This document shows, in pieces, positions 27,201 through 39,400 of a DNA stretch of 64,000 bases; within the stretch, counting starts at the first letter, position 1; every line of letters begins with the position of its first letter. Origin of the DNA: Phoronis australis (lineage: Eukaryota > Animalia > Phoronida); assembly GCA_002633005.1 (NCBI GenBank), contig NMRA01000236.1, positions 494,861-558,860 of the forward strand, read 5' to 3'. The notes under the pieces are model-generated. The model saw only the letters and a list, made by a program, of their open reading frames with translations. It did no database searches and was not told the DNA's origin. Position numbers and translations under genes: made by a program.

Positions 27201-27449
27201 TATAAGGAGAAAATCCGTTTTCACTTGTTCAAAAATTACTTACAACATAAATATATGTTTTTCGTTTTTAAATTACAGTTGTCCAGAAAAGCTCTCAAAT
27301 TTTCATTCTCCCAAAATACGGTGGCCTTAAGGTTTTGGCCAGTAAGAACTGCCCTTAAGTCGCGTGTTGTTTTACACCCTCAGGCTTTTTGTCAATAATT
27401 CCTGGTAACTAATGCCAGGTTGATCTCATCATTGTTTCATATCTTTCAG

Positions 27450-30400
27450 TCGTTGTTTCACATCCCGTCCTTTCGAACGATGGTCCTCAACTACAGATGT
27501 CCAGAAACGCGAGAGGCTCAGTCAGCCAGTGTAAGTCTTAGAGCATTTCTTGAAGGCAATGTTTTATGTTGTGAAAAGTACCGGCTATGTGACCAACAGA
27601 ATGTGTAGTTGGCTATCAAGTTATTATTAGGCCACAAGTCCTGTCATTTAAGAAATTAGCACTAGTCTGTCCACTTGCTGTGTGTGCGAATAAAATTGCT
27701 GTGAATTTAGACGAGGATGAAATTTGCAATAATCATGCTAATGAATTCAGAGATGTATCTCCCTTTTCCTTTAGCCATCACGGTGGAGAATTGTACACTC
27801 TTTCACAGTGTTACGAAAGGTAGCACTGGAATGTTGTTTATCATGGCTTCTCACTGGTTAAAGTAATGAAATTGACGTAATGACATTCCCATTGGTTGAA
27901 ATTTGGGAAACCCCTTTCAGTTTACTGTTCCTTAGTATAGCGACCACCTTTGACTTGAATAGTTGCAATTTGTTAAAACGGGCAGTGATCGAAGGAAACA
28001 AAATCAAGGTAACCCCGATCCCGTGGCTAAGTCCGAACAAGTACAGTGCATAGAAAGTGTGGGCTAGTGGTGGCGATGTGACCGATAAACTTTCGACCAA
28101 GCATGTGCATTGATGCCCAAACACGGAATTCCGTGTGTCGTTCATCATGTTTCCACAGTGCCCCTTTTCAGTATATGGCGCTATGTCAGAGGGTAGAGGA
28201 ATTCTGCTTTTGGTTTATCATCATAATGGCACTTATCAGTCTTTTATGCTTAAGGTAAAATCTCGCAAATTTCGGTAAAAAATATGGTCAAAATTTTTTC
28301 CTTTTTCAAAGGTTTCTAACATCTTGTGAATTCCCAAAACATTGGTTTGTCAGGTGGTGGCGATTTGCTACTCATATTTTGTGCAAAAATTAAAAAATGA
28401 AAATTTCACTTGTCCGCCTTGTTGAGTCCCAAACTAGTGATATTGTACCGTGTTGTTGACATATTGCGTTTTGACTTGTCAAGCTAAGACAGTTTTCCTC
28501 TCATGCCGGCTGCTGTTTCTTAATCTACACAATATGGTCATTATTTAGAAGCTGATCATCTGCCTAGTGGACAATCCACTTTTCTAGTTTGTCAATACCC
28601 TAATGAGTTTAACTATTTACTGTTCCGTTTAAGAGCATACTTAAGCACTAATTGCAAAGTCTCCTCCGGGCTATTTGTCAACTTTAATGTGAGGCAAAGT
28701 TCAACAAAATTTGTATTTTGATATTTTGGTAAACATGGCCATAAGGCATGAGGCTTGCATATTTTGATGCCCTTTTGGTTTTGATTAGTGCACTGAAATT
28801 AATTTTTGATAAGTACCCTAAATATAACCTAGTTTGGTGTGGGTGTTTTGCATGTTTAGTCTTAGATGGCCATGTTTGGGGTATAGTGGTTGAGTTTTGT
28901 TGATTACGAGACATTAGTTGCATTCTCATTTATTTTGAAATCCCGAAAATATTCTGCAAACGGACTGTTGACTGCTGGAAGACTGGTATTTTGTCACTCC
29001 TATTGGCAAGCATTGATACTACAGTGGTCTTAATTGATTAATAAACAAACTATACAGGCAAATTTGGCAGAATACCGGGCAAATCATTTCCCAGTGCAAA
29101 ATTCTTATCCAATCAAAATTTTAGAGGAAAAAGTACAGGATTACTTCCGCTATAATTCATATTGGATCTTCGCTTACAGGATAGAAACAGTGAATTCAGT
29201 CCCATGATTCTTGAATTGTATACCGTAATTCAGCTTGTCAGCCTCACTTACTAGCTAATTCAATGGCCCCCATTTTGTTAGGACTGGCTAGAAATCCACT
29301 GAGCATACATGTACTTGCAAAACAATCACTTTCCACTAACGTGATTTTGTGAGACCTTGCTTTTTTGCAAAAATCTAGTTCTACAGAAAAGTCTCCTGCC
29401 GTGTGTTCGGTAGATATGAGAATCTCGCAAAAACTCGATACCGCGAGATATCACACTGTGTTTCACACTAGCATCCTTAGCATGGTCGTCGCATCTTCAA
29501 AATTTACGCAGGTTTTACTTGACTCACTCTTTCTTGTTATAGGACAAGCAGAAGCACATGTTTATGAAAGAACTAAGAGAGTTGTTTGGTTACATGTTGG
29601 CTACGACGCGCAAATATGTCGACCCATTTAAAGCCGTGGAAATCCTGAAGGAGGCATTCGTGTCTAGCGGTAGTGTCGCTGATGCCCAACAGGTGCGCTG
29701 CAGTTTACTTATAAAGATTCTGTTGTATTACAACTGTGGTAATTCTTGATCTGCTTAGCATTTTGGGGGAAAAGTCAGATTTGTTGTCAAATTTGACCTC
29801 AGCAATAAAAGTTGAGAACATTTCATTATTAGCTTTGTTTGTAATGTGTTCATGTCATAAAATTCTATTCGATAAAAGTTTCCTTTGTTTGCTGCAAGGT
29901 AAGCCTTAAAAGTTAGGAAATCAGTGAAGAATTGTTGTATTTTGTTTTATCATTTAGGTGCTACTGCTCAACACATTTCTGATTTAAAAAAATTGTGGTC
30001 GATGTCATAATATAGTAAAAGGGTTTAGCCACCTGTATTCGACCAAACCATAAACATGCGTCTTGTAGCAAGTGCAAACAAGAGTTTTTGCATATCTCTC
30101 AGCTGCTCATATGTTGACTAGTTGTTTTGTCTCATATATTGGTTCTAGTGTTCGACTGGGTACTATAATACATGATAACTCTTTGTTGCATTTTCATGGA
30201 GCTTTATTTTGGTGTCATTTTTGCAGGATGTAAGCGAGTTCCAGCACAAACTGCTTGACTGGCTAGAGGAGGCTTTTGAGCCACCAGGCTGCAGCACTGG
30301 TCAATCTCAGGTGGCAGCACCATCGCATGGAAGCAAGACACACAAAGAGTAGGTGTTTGATTCCTAGGTTGTTTAATGAAAGGAATTAGTTGGGTGGTTC

Positions 30401-33400
30401 TGTAGCATATCAAAATGTAGAGTGTGAAGTAAGTCGGGATAAAACTGTTGTTATTGGAAACGGTATCCTCGAAAAACAAACCAGTCCTTTGGAAGTGGCA
30501 TGTCACTTCTTGTTTATTATTCAAGCACGTTTAGTTGTACTTTTACAATGTTTTCTCATCATTATATTGGCCTGGATTTTTTGATAGTGTCCAGGACATT
30601 CATGTTTTGAGACAGAAAATATCTCCCTTGGGGTATTTGCAAATTTATCTGGGACTCAGTAATTTGAAATCCAAAATCTCTTCTTTTACAAATATTTTGC
30701 TTGAGAAAGAGTGTTCTTGGATGCTTATTAGAAAAATTCCGTGCACAGTTGTTATTTAAAATATCCCTCTTATGATTGTAGTGTCATGTTCTTACGTCTA
30801 AAGTAATTGTAGGTCACATTTCATTCTATAGGCCAACTCATTCACGTCCCAAAAAGGTCACATTTAGTCAGCCTGCAGTCAATCCCGTCAAGCAAATGTT
30901 TTATGGTCAGGTGAAGACTGAGGGCTTCAATGAAGGTGAGAGGGAAAACTTTTTTGGACAGTTACCGAGGTTAGTTAGCGAGCATGATCCACTCTAGTTG
31001 AAATTCTTTTGGAAACAAAAGCTAGAGTGCAGCATGATTAATGTTTCAATAGTAGGCAAACCTCATCCTTGGGTACAATAGAACATAATAGAACAGAATA
31101 CCATAACATGAGAGTGTTCTCTTCATTACCACAGAACAGAATACCATAACATGAGAGTGCTCACTTCATTACCTCAGTCCATCTAACTTTAGCTCCCTGC
31201 TTCTAATTTTGCAAAAACTGACATGAAATTCTTGTATCAGTCTTTTTGTTAATGGCAAAATTCTTCTTATGACCAATTATGGCCTGAAGTAGTAATCTTT
31301 ACTGCGTTATAGAATGAACACGTCTACCTTCTCTTCTCAGTGGAGTGAGGGTTGGTAGGGTGAAGGGAAAAGGTAGGTGTCGATTATTTTTTGCGCGAGT
31401 ACGTCATGGCGTATAGATATGAGTTTCTTGTTCAACTTTGCACTTGGTGACTCCTAGATTTGCGGTATAAGTACAGACTCGGAACTTTTAGCCTTAATGC
31501 TGTGGTAACCATGTAAACTAGGATTAGAAAGTTATTATTGCGTGTGATCAGATGCGTATACATATCCGCTGTGTGTGCAAGTTGCAGTCAATTAAAGTTG
31601 GAGTTTAGGACAAGCATTTGCTGTGGAAGCACAGCATTTGGGATTCGCTTGATCATATCCACCTTGTAGCAGGATGTTTCAAACAGTGACTCCTAATTGA
31701 ATGGGTGGCACTACTGTAATAAGAATCTTAACCTTGGAAATGTAATCTTTCAGATAGTCACATGCAATCCTTAGCTCACGAACATACCCTGCTGATCAAC
31801 TGTCTTTTACTCTTAATCTATTCAAATCTTAAAAAGAGGGGTCTTTGTTAGTTTGCGCCACCTAGTGAGCATCAAGTCACCTTTCAGTCCCATGTAACTC
31901 AATTCTATTTATTTCAACATTTTTGACAACAGATACATTTGTTCGCTAATTGACACCGGATTTCATTGAGAATCGTATATAACATACTCTGAATTTTTTT
32001 TTCAGAGCTAAAAATGTGTTGTTTTGTAAATTTTTGAAGTAAGTTGTTAATATCAATATTTGTTGCAGGGAACATGTTCTCTAATGTCCAGTCATTTGGT
32101 CAGTTTCCCCTGCAAGTAGTCAATTATAAAGACATCCACGAGAGTCTTGAAGCGACAACTGCACGGGGTAAAATTGAAGCTCTCCGTGAGGGCCTGCCAG
32201 CCTCGGGCCAGGAGGTTAGACTCAGCTTGTACATAGTTTTGTCAGAGTAATGATTATACTGATTGTAATTAATAGAATAAATTTATTGGATCATAATAAC
32301 TACTTTTGTTTTACAGTCCTCTATGAATGGAAACTACTTTCTCTTGCATGATGTCAGTAAGAAGTTATTGTAAGTTTTATCGATTATTTTTTGCATTACA
32401 ATTCAGTATGCACTTCTATCCATTTCAGCAATGGTTCACCAGGCTGCCACCAGTGCTAACATTTGAGTTATCCAGGTTCCTGTTCAACCAGCATTTATTG
32501 AGGCCCGAGAAAGTGCATAACAAACTGACATTTCCTTGTTTATTGTACATGGACAGGTAGTGGTATATGTTGCTCGAGCCTTTTTTGCAACTTCGTAACA
32601 AGCTTTACAGTTGTAGCCAAAAGTATTCGGACAAAATGACCTTGCATTCCTCATCATGGTAGCTGGGTGGAAACTGAATTCATCATCAGAGTTGTCTCCC
32701 CTGATGACTGAGAATGAAGGGGAATTAACAGAAAATAAGTGAAGGGATTAAACCATAAGATTGTGGAATTGAAATTTTGCCACCCTAATAGTTATTACCA
32801 GTATTTTTGCTGCTAACAAAATTTGCTGTTGTAACGAGAATATGGTATTTTGTCTGATAAATGCATTTGTCGGGTATGAACTTTTTGCATATTCTGAATG
32901 TATTGAGTGGACATTAAATGCAGGTAGCTTGTTTTCACAGTAGCTCCTCTTACATTGGTTAAGTGCAGTGTTGTCTGTTTATGACTTTAATGGACACTCT
33001 CCAACTTTCAACGTAGTCGTCGATCCTGCAAAGTAATGGTGTGAGCTGATTACAATAGACATATTGATAAAATGTTGGGCATAAAATGACGTTTGTGGTC
33101 TCAGGCCGGTTGTGTCTTGTCTTCAGCAAGGAGTAAAATGACAGAGGGCAATATGTATTAAATCATATTCACTTGTAAAGATGTTAAATAGTTTTTTTAC
33201 CACCTGTCTGAGGTGTGGATGCCCCTGAAGTTATTAGTCTACCTAAATAACCTGAAATTCCTAATGGTGACGACTAGACGTAAGGGGTATTGATCTTCTT
33301 AGTAGTCCACTGCCATGAACGGAAATAATGAGAAATTTAGCAAATAATTGCGAAAAGGTTATTCTATTTTTTAGCATTTGGTTACAATGACGAGACATTC

Positions 33401-36400
33401 CTAGTCATTTGGACTAAAAACAGAATTGACCATTTTGTCCCTAGATTGTCCAGTCACTTAATATATTGTTACCCACACATCTTCGCATGCCTCTCTACAG
33501 GTATTTAGAAGAAAACAAGGAGTTGACGCGAGGTAAGCGTGAGCAGGTGAAGGATTGGAAAGACCAGCTGACCTGCCTATTCTCACGCCTGGACAGGTTC
33601 ATGAACTATGGGTCAGGAGCCAAGAAGTTCCCTCTGCAGCACATTCTACAGTATGCCCTGGATTTTGCTGAGTCCAGCTCTGCAGAAGCTAACGAGGCGG
33701 AGATGAGATCACCGAATTCGCAACATAGGTAATGTAGAAGGTGGAACACTTTGGCAATGTACACTGCTCAGGCAGAAAGTGTTTGGCCCAACTCTGTGCT
33801 TGCATTTGACTTGACAATGTGGGCTTCTTACTATTAACCGCGTTTAAAAGAGGTAGCGTCTTGCCCACTCGTGTTCATGACTGGATTCAATTGTGTTTGA
33901 GGGCTGTACTGGCACTGGCTTTAAAATGTGATTCAGTCTTAATGTACACCCAGTTATAACATTCAACATTTACGTAGATCAGGGTTTCCCCTGGGTTTTG
34001 AAAGGAGCGTGATGGTGAATGGCCAAAACAGGGTGCAAAGCCCGTTGCCGCATGGGAATATGGGAACTAGGGTCCCCCTATTGTCTGAGTTTTGAAAGTA
34101 GCGTGGTGGTGAATACTCGACACGGATGCGGAACCCGTCGCCACATGCGAGCATAGGATGAAATGAGATCCTCCCATCGGAGAGGTTGGGAGACCTTCCC
34201 CAGGCAAAATTTAAAAAACTAGATGTGATTGGGTGCAGTTTGGTGCATTATACAAGTTTACGCATCATAGACAAGACCTTAACCCAAGCATCATGTAGTG
34301 GAAGTATCTTGGTAAAGAACACTTCGTAAGACAAATTGGCAATGAAGTGTTCGGCATAGTGTGATCTCTGTATGAAGAGTTTTGTACCACTTAACATATG
34401 AAAACTTGTGTAAGGAACAGAACATGGCAAGACAGGGATTCACAGTATTCGCATCTTCAGGAATATTTTGCTAGGAATTAAAAAGATTGCAATGTTAAAT
34501 ACACGTTTCTCTGCCTGTTTCATGCAACTTCAGAAAATAACAAATCCCTAATTTCAACTAGTAAAAGCTTTGTAAATATAACTGAGGCGATAGAATAAGT
34601 AAACTTAAACAAAGCAGAGCATGGAATGAGCATGTTGCAAGTCAGGCGATATCAAACCAGCTACATATTAGAAAAAACATGAAGCCACAAAATAGTCTTA
34701 AGTTATGTTATGAGACAAAGTTGCAGACGCACTTGAGTACAAAAAAAAACTGTTAAAATTCAATTATCCACGATGTGATGAACGTAGCACAAAAAATATT
34801 TGGACTTTTTAGATGTAATTAACTGATTCGTATAACGAAACTCCTGTTGATATCGTCTTGCTAAACACAAATTATAGTGGATTGGCGTTGGCCAGCATAG
34901 CAGATGATGTATAATCCAGTCCATGCAGACGAATCTGAGACTGGTTTGAGTGGTTTCCATTCAATATCATTTTGGCGAAGAGCTATGGATGATTAAGCAG
35001 TTGAATGTCAAGCCTTGCAGCATAATTCACATTGCTGTATAATATTTTTTTGTAAACTCGGACCCGATAAAATGAATGAAGCAGAAAGCTTACTGTGTTT
35101 TACTTCATTAGTGAGCCCTGGCAATTCGCCATTTTAGAAAATTCGTATCAAGGTCATTGCCTGGTCCCCGACTGTACTAAACTTATGTGCAAAGATGCTC
35201 AGTTCACAGCCCAGAATTTGGCGAGGCTACCAGTTGATCTGCAAAAAATTGTCATGGCCGACAACGAACGTCTGGTGTTGGAGATAAAGAACTGGGACTC
35301 TCAGCATCGTGACAAGACGAGTCAAGATGTGTCGGTTGTGCATCAACAAGAGCCAGCCCTGGCAATTCGCCATTTTAGAAAATTCGTATCAAGGTCATTG
35401 CCTGGTCCCCGACTGTACTAAACTTATGTGCATTTTCGGATAACCAGGCAGAGACAAGGTGCGAAAGGGGATTGAATGATTGTGTTTAATGGGGGCACAA
35501 TTCAAGAGCCCATTGTAAAATTACCGATACACTAACGGGGAAAGGTGCCGTGTGACTTGTGCTTGTTCATTATTACTAGCAATCATTTTTACTGGCGATC
35601 GTTTTTACTTGCGATTCTTTTTACTAGAGATCATTTTTACTAGCCAGCATTTTTACTTCCGATTCTGTTTACTAGTGACCATTTTTACTAGTGATCATTT
35701 TTACTAGTGATTTTTGCGTGGCGGTGAAGTTTTCCCTGTCACGATTAATTGTGTGCCAGTTAATTTGAGTATGATTTACGAGTGGTGGGGCCAAAAAGGA
35801 GCGTAGCGGGCCGCTCAGATGTTTACACGCAGGGGAAACCCTGTAAAAGGTGATAAATATTTTGCTCTTTTATGGTAAAGTACTCAGTTTTGTACTTCAA
35901 TTTGCAGCATGCGAGACACCCCTACCAGTTCCCCATCGTCTTCTACCCACATACCTGATGTTGCCATGACAACGCCAAATAAAGAGGAAGTGGCAGACGT
36001 TGTACGTCACACTGCCGTCAGCTCGCCAAGTATAGCCGAGCATAGTCAGCCTGTGCCTTGTCACGTGACGTCGGCTGAGCAGGCGGTGCTGAAGGACTGT
36101 CTACAACGCTGGAGGTTAGAAGTAGAGGCCAGTGTTAAAGGTGAGAATGATGTCAACGAATAGCGATTCAAGTGGATTTCACGTTTATGCTGGTGTAGAA
36201 TTTTGATGGCTCATGATTAAGTTTCTTTAATTTGATAGCTATATGTTAATGTAGATTATGAGTCGCCCAGTAGTAAGAGTATGCAAAAAAAATTTTGCTT
36301 GCTATATGTCTGCACATCATGAGTTTTGGTATAATTTCAGTTTTAGTGTGTTTGTGTAGGACAAGATCTTTGGTCCATGTGTTGTCATTTTCTTCCATGT

Positions 36401-39400
36401 TTTAGTGGATTTAACATCTGGAACTGTTCTTAATTTAATTCTATGGTTTCTTCGAACCTGGAACTTGGAAGATGGTTTCAGATATTCCAGGTTACACATC
36501 ATTCAAACACATAATTGTGGCATTGTAACATAAAACCTGCAAGCTGCAGTGCGTAATCTAGGTCACATTGCCTATGGAACTTGGAAGCACTTGAACTGAT
36601 TTTCATTTCAGTTAGTGAATAGCAGTTTAGTTCATTGTGATGTTATCGTTAACATTGTCATTGACAAGACATGGATAATGATTTTGTTCTATTAAAAGAC
36701 TAGGAATTATGAATGCGGCAGCTGGACAATCATGAAAGGGCGAGTTAAGTGATAACAACAGTGTTGAAACTGAAAGTATGAACATGAGACTCCAACTAGC
36801 CTAGTGTCAATGTTTGACAATGAGATCCTTGGAACTGTGTTTGACGTTCAAGGTACCAGGCTTGAAGAAACTGAAACCATGAAAATAATGTTCCAAAACA
36901 TAGTTCCAGACTCTGAATTTACTGGGACGTGGAATGGGCGATGTATTTTTTCACCAAAAAACTACAATCTCATTCTAAAATTGTGGTTTGAGGACTGCAG
37001 GTTTTTGATCTCTTGTTCCAGATCTTCAAGCTGAAATCAGTCGTTTAGAAGAAATAATTAATGCCATGTACAGTGAGGAAGAGTTGAAAAAGGTTTGACG
37101 ATCTTGTTGAATTAATTTGTGAATCAAAATGGAATTACTCATTCATCTACTATCCAGACTTAAGGCTAATATTTAGGACACTAGAAAAAGTAATCCAGAC
37201 AACATGTTATCTCGGAAATGAATTTGTTTGCAAATGCCATGCTTTGTACAGTCTTCTCCAAAATGATTTTCTGACGTGTTTTTAAAATGTTCCATATTTG
37301 TACGAGTGGCTTCCAAAAATAGGACTCATGATTTTTAAGAAAAATGTCTGAATCATTTACACAAAGCTAAAACGAAATGTCACTCAAAATGTCGCACAAA
37401 ATTTGTTGATGTTGTTGATACCATTGTTTTGTTATGAGTTATCACTTTTTTTTGCTAAATTTTGCAGTTTGGTCCTTGTTAAACAAATCAAATTTTACAG
37501 GCTTTCCCCTTTCGAAAAGTATACACGTTTATTGACTCGTGCTAACATCAATTCTTGTACATATTTGGCCGAGTGCACAGACTTGACAACAAGGTCCTGT
37601 GTGACTATTTTGTGACATTTTGTGCTTATGCGAAAATTTTTTACAGATACAAAATATACGAAAAGTGCAACAAAATTAATATCCAATATCAAGGACGAAC
37701 TTTTTGAATGTTACACACCATCCAGTTTTGATCATCAACAATAGATGGCAATAAGTGAAATGTCTTTCTGTGTTGCCAGCATGGCTACCGACTACATGCA
37801 GTGCTGGTTCACGAAGGTCAAGCGGCCTCGGGTCACTACTGGTCATACATCTACGACAGTGAACACAACAGGTGGCTCAAGTACAACGACATCTCTGTCA
37901 CGGAGGCATCGTGGGAAGAGCTAAAAAGAGAGGGCGCCGGTGGTCACCACAACACAAGCGCCTATTGCTTGATGTACATCAACCAGGCTTTGAGTAGTCA
38001 GTTGTTCAGTAGTGAGTAGACACAGTTTGACTAGTGTCATTGCTCTTATTATGCCAATAAAAGCTAACTGAAGGCTATTTTTCAATTTTAGTGCCATATC
38101 TGTAATTCACTTACCGTTGAACAACCCATTTCGAACAATGCCGAGTGTCTTGATTAACTTTAAAATGGAGTTGTGAAATAAGGTGAATTAACTCTAATTT
38201 GTTACTGTGGCTATAAGGGAGCTCATAAGTGTTCTTTGCTCATGAATACGTCACTTCTTTTCTTATGAGCTGTTAGTAATTCTTTTCTCATTAGTCACTA
38301 TCCTCCCAGTTGTAGTGCACAGGCAGATTTGATACATTGTACCAAACACGTGTTACATAGTGTGCAGCTCCTTCTGTCAGATATTGAAACAAAAGTGGTT
38401 ATTTATATAATGAGATCAAAACTCCTGGGAACTGAGTTATGGTTGAGAAAAGGGCTAGAGCTTGTAGGAAAAGGATTGTATTTTCGAGAAAAGGTGGAGG
38501 TGTAACTGAGAATGCTTGTGTGAGCCAGGAGGGAGAATGATTGTTTAATTTGGTCATGACCTCTCCATTACTTGTTAAATGACTTGAATGTGGCAATGCT
38601 TTTAAAAGCCAAAATGGTTCTGTTGTTATCTGCGTTATTACTTTCTTATGTTCCATTTTTGATGATTTATAACGTAGTACCAGATGTGCCAACAGATGTC
38701 AGTGGCGACAAATCTAGCAAAGATGCTCAGTTCACAGCCCAGAATTTGGCGAGGCTACCAGTTGATCTGCAAAAAATTGTCATGGCCGACAACGAACGTC
38801 TGGTGTTGGAGATAAAGAACTGGGACTCTCAGCATCGTGACAAGACGAGTCAAGATGTGTCGGTTGTGCATCAACAAGAGCCAGCTCAGGGTAACCACTG
38901 GCTTTTGAGAATAAATTAAATTACATTTTTACATGATGTTCTTGTGGCTAATGCTTTTATTGCGCTCATCTTCATAGTGCTTTACAATGTCAGGTCTGTT
39001 ATGCATTTCCTGTTGCAATGTGAGTAATCTCCTGTGGTTGCTGTGTAGCCGGTATTACGTATCTTGTTGAAACAGACTGCTTTTTGGAATGGTCACTTGG
39101 CTAGCGGACATTGTGACATGTCACGTGGTTAAGAAACCAAGTTGAGTTGCGACAGTTACTTCGAAAGAAGTCACCATTTAACGGAGACATGCGATGACCA
39201 TTTACAGACATAGTACCTTTTCTAGTACTCTCCATGCTGCACGTCATATTTAGGTCGTTGATCTCATTGCTGCCATGCTAATCAGTAGTATACACAAAAA
39301 TTGGTCATTCTAACATCGACAGTGTTTCGCAGTTGTGTAGTGAGTTGCAATGGTCAGACATAAAATTGAAAAGCCACCTGATGCTGTAGGGCGTCATAAA

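Larger units (their letters stand above)
33980..35843. mobile_element. Putative non-autonomous hAT-like TIR element carrying a captured host exon fragment
   Basis: Perfect 14-bp TIR CAGGGTTTCCCCTG (33980-33993) and CAGGGGAAACCCTG (35830-35843). Subterminal 16-bp tandem array. No clean 8-bp TSD is visible. Confidence 0.55.

Noticed and set aside
32690-32725. Hammerhead ribozyme core (ctgatga)
   Set aside because: No matching GAAA core with the three required stems could be built; the sequence is part of a DNA-transposon fragment.
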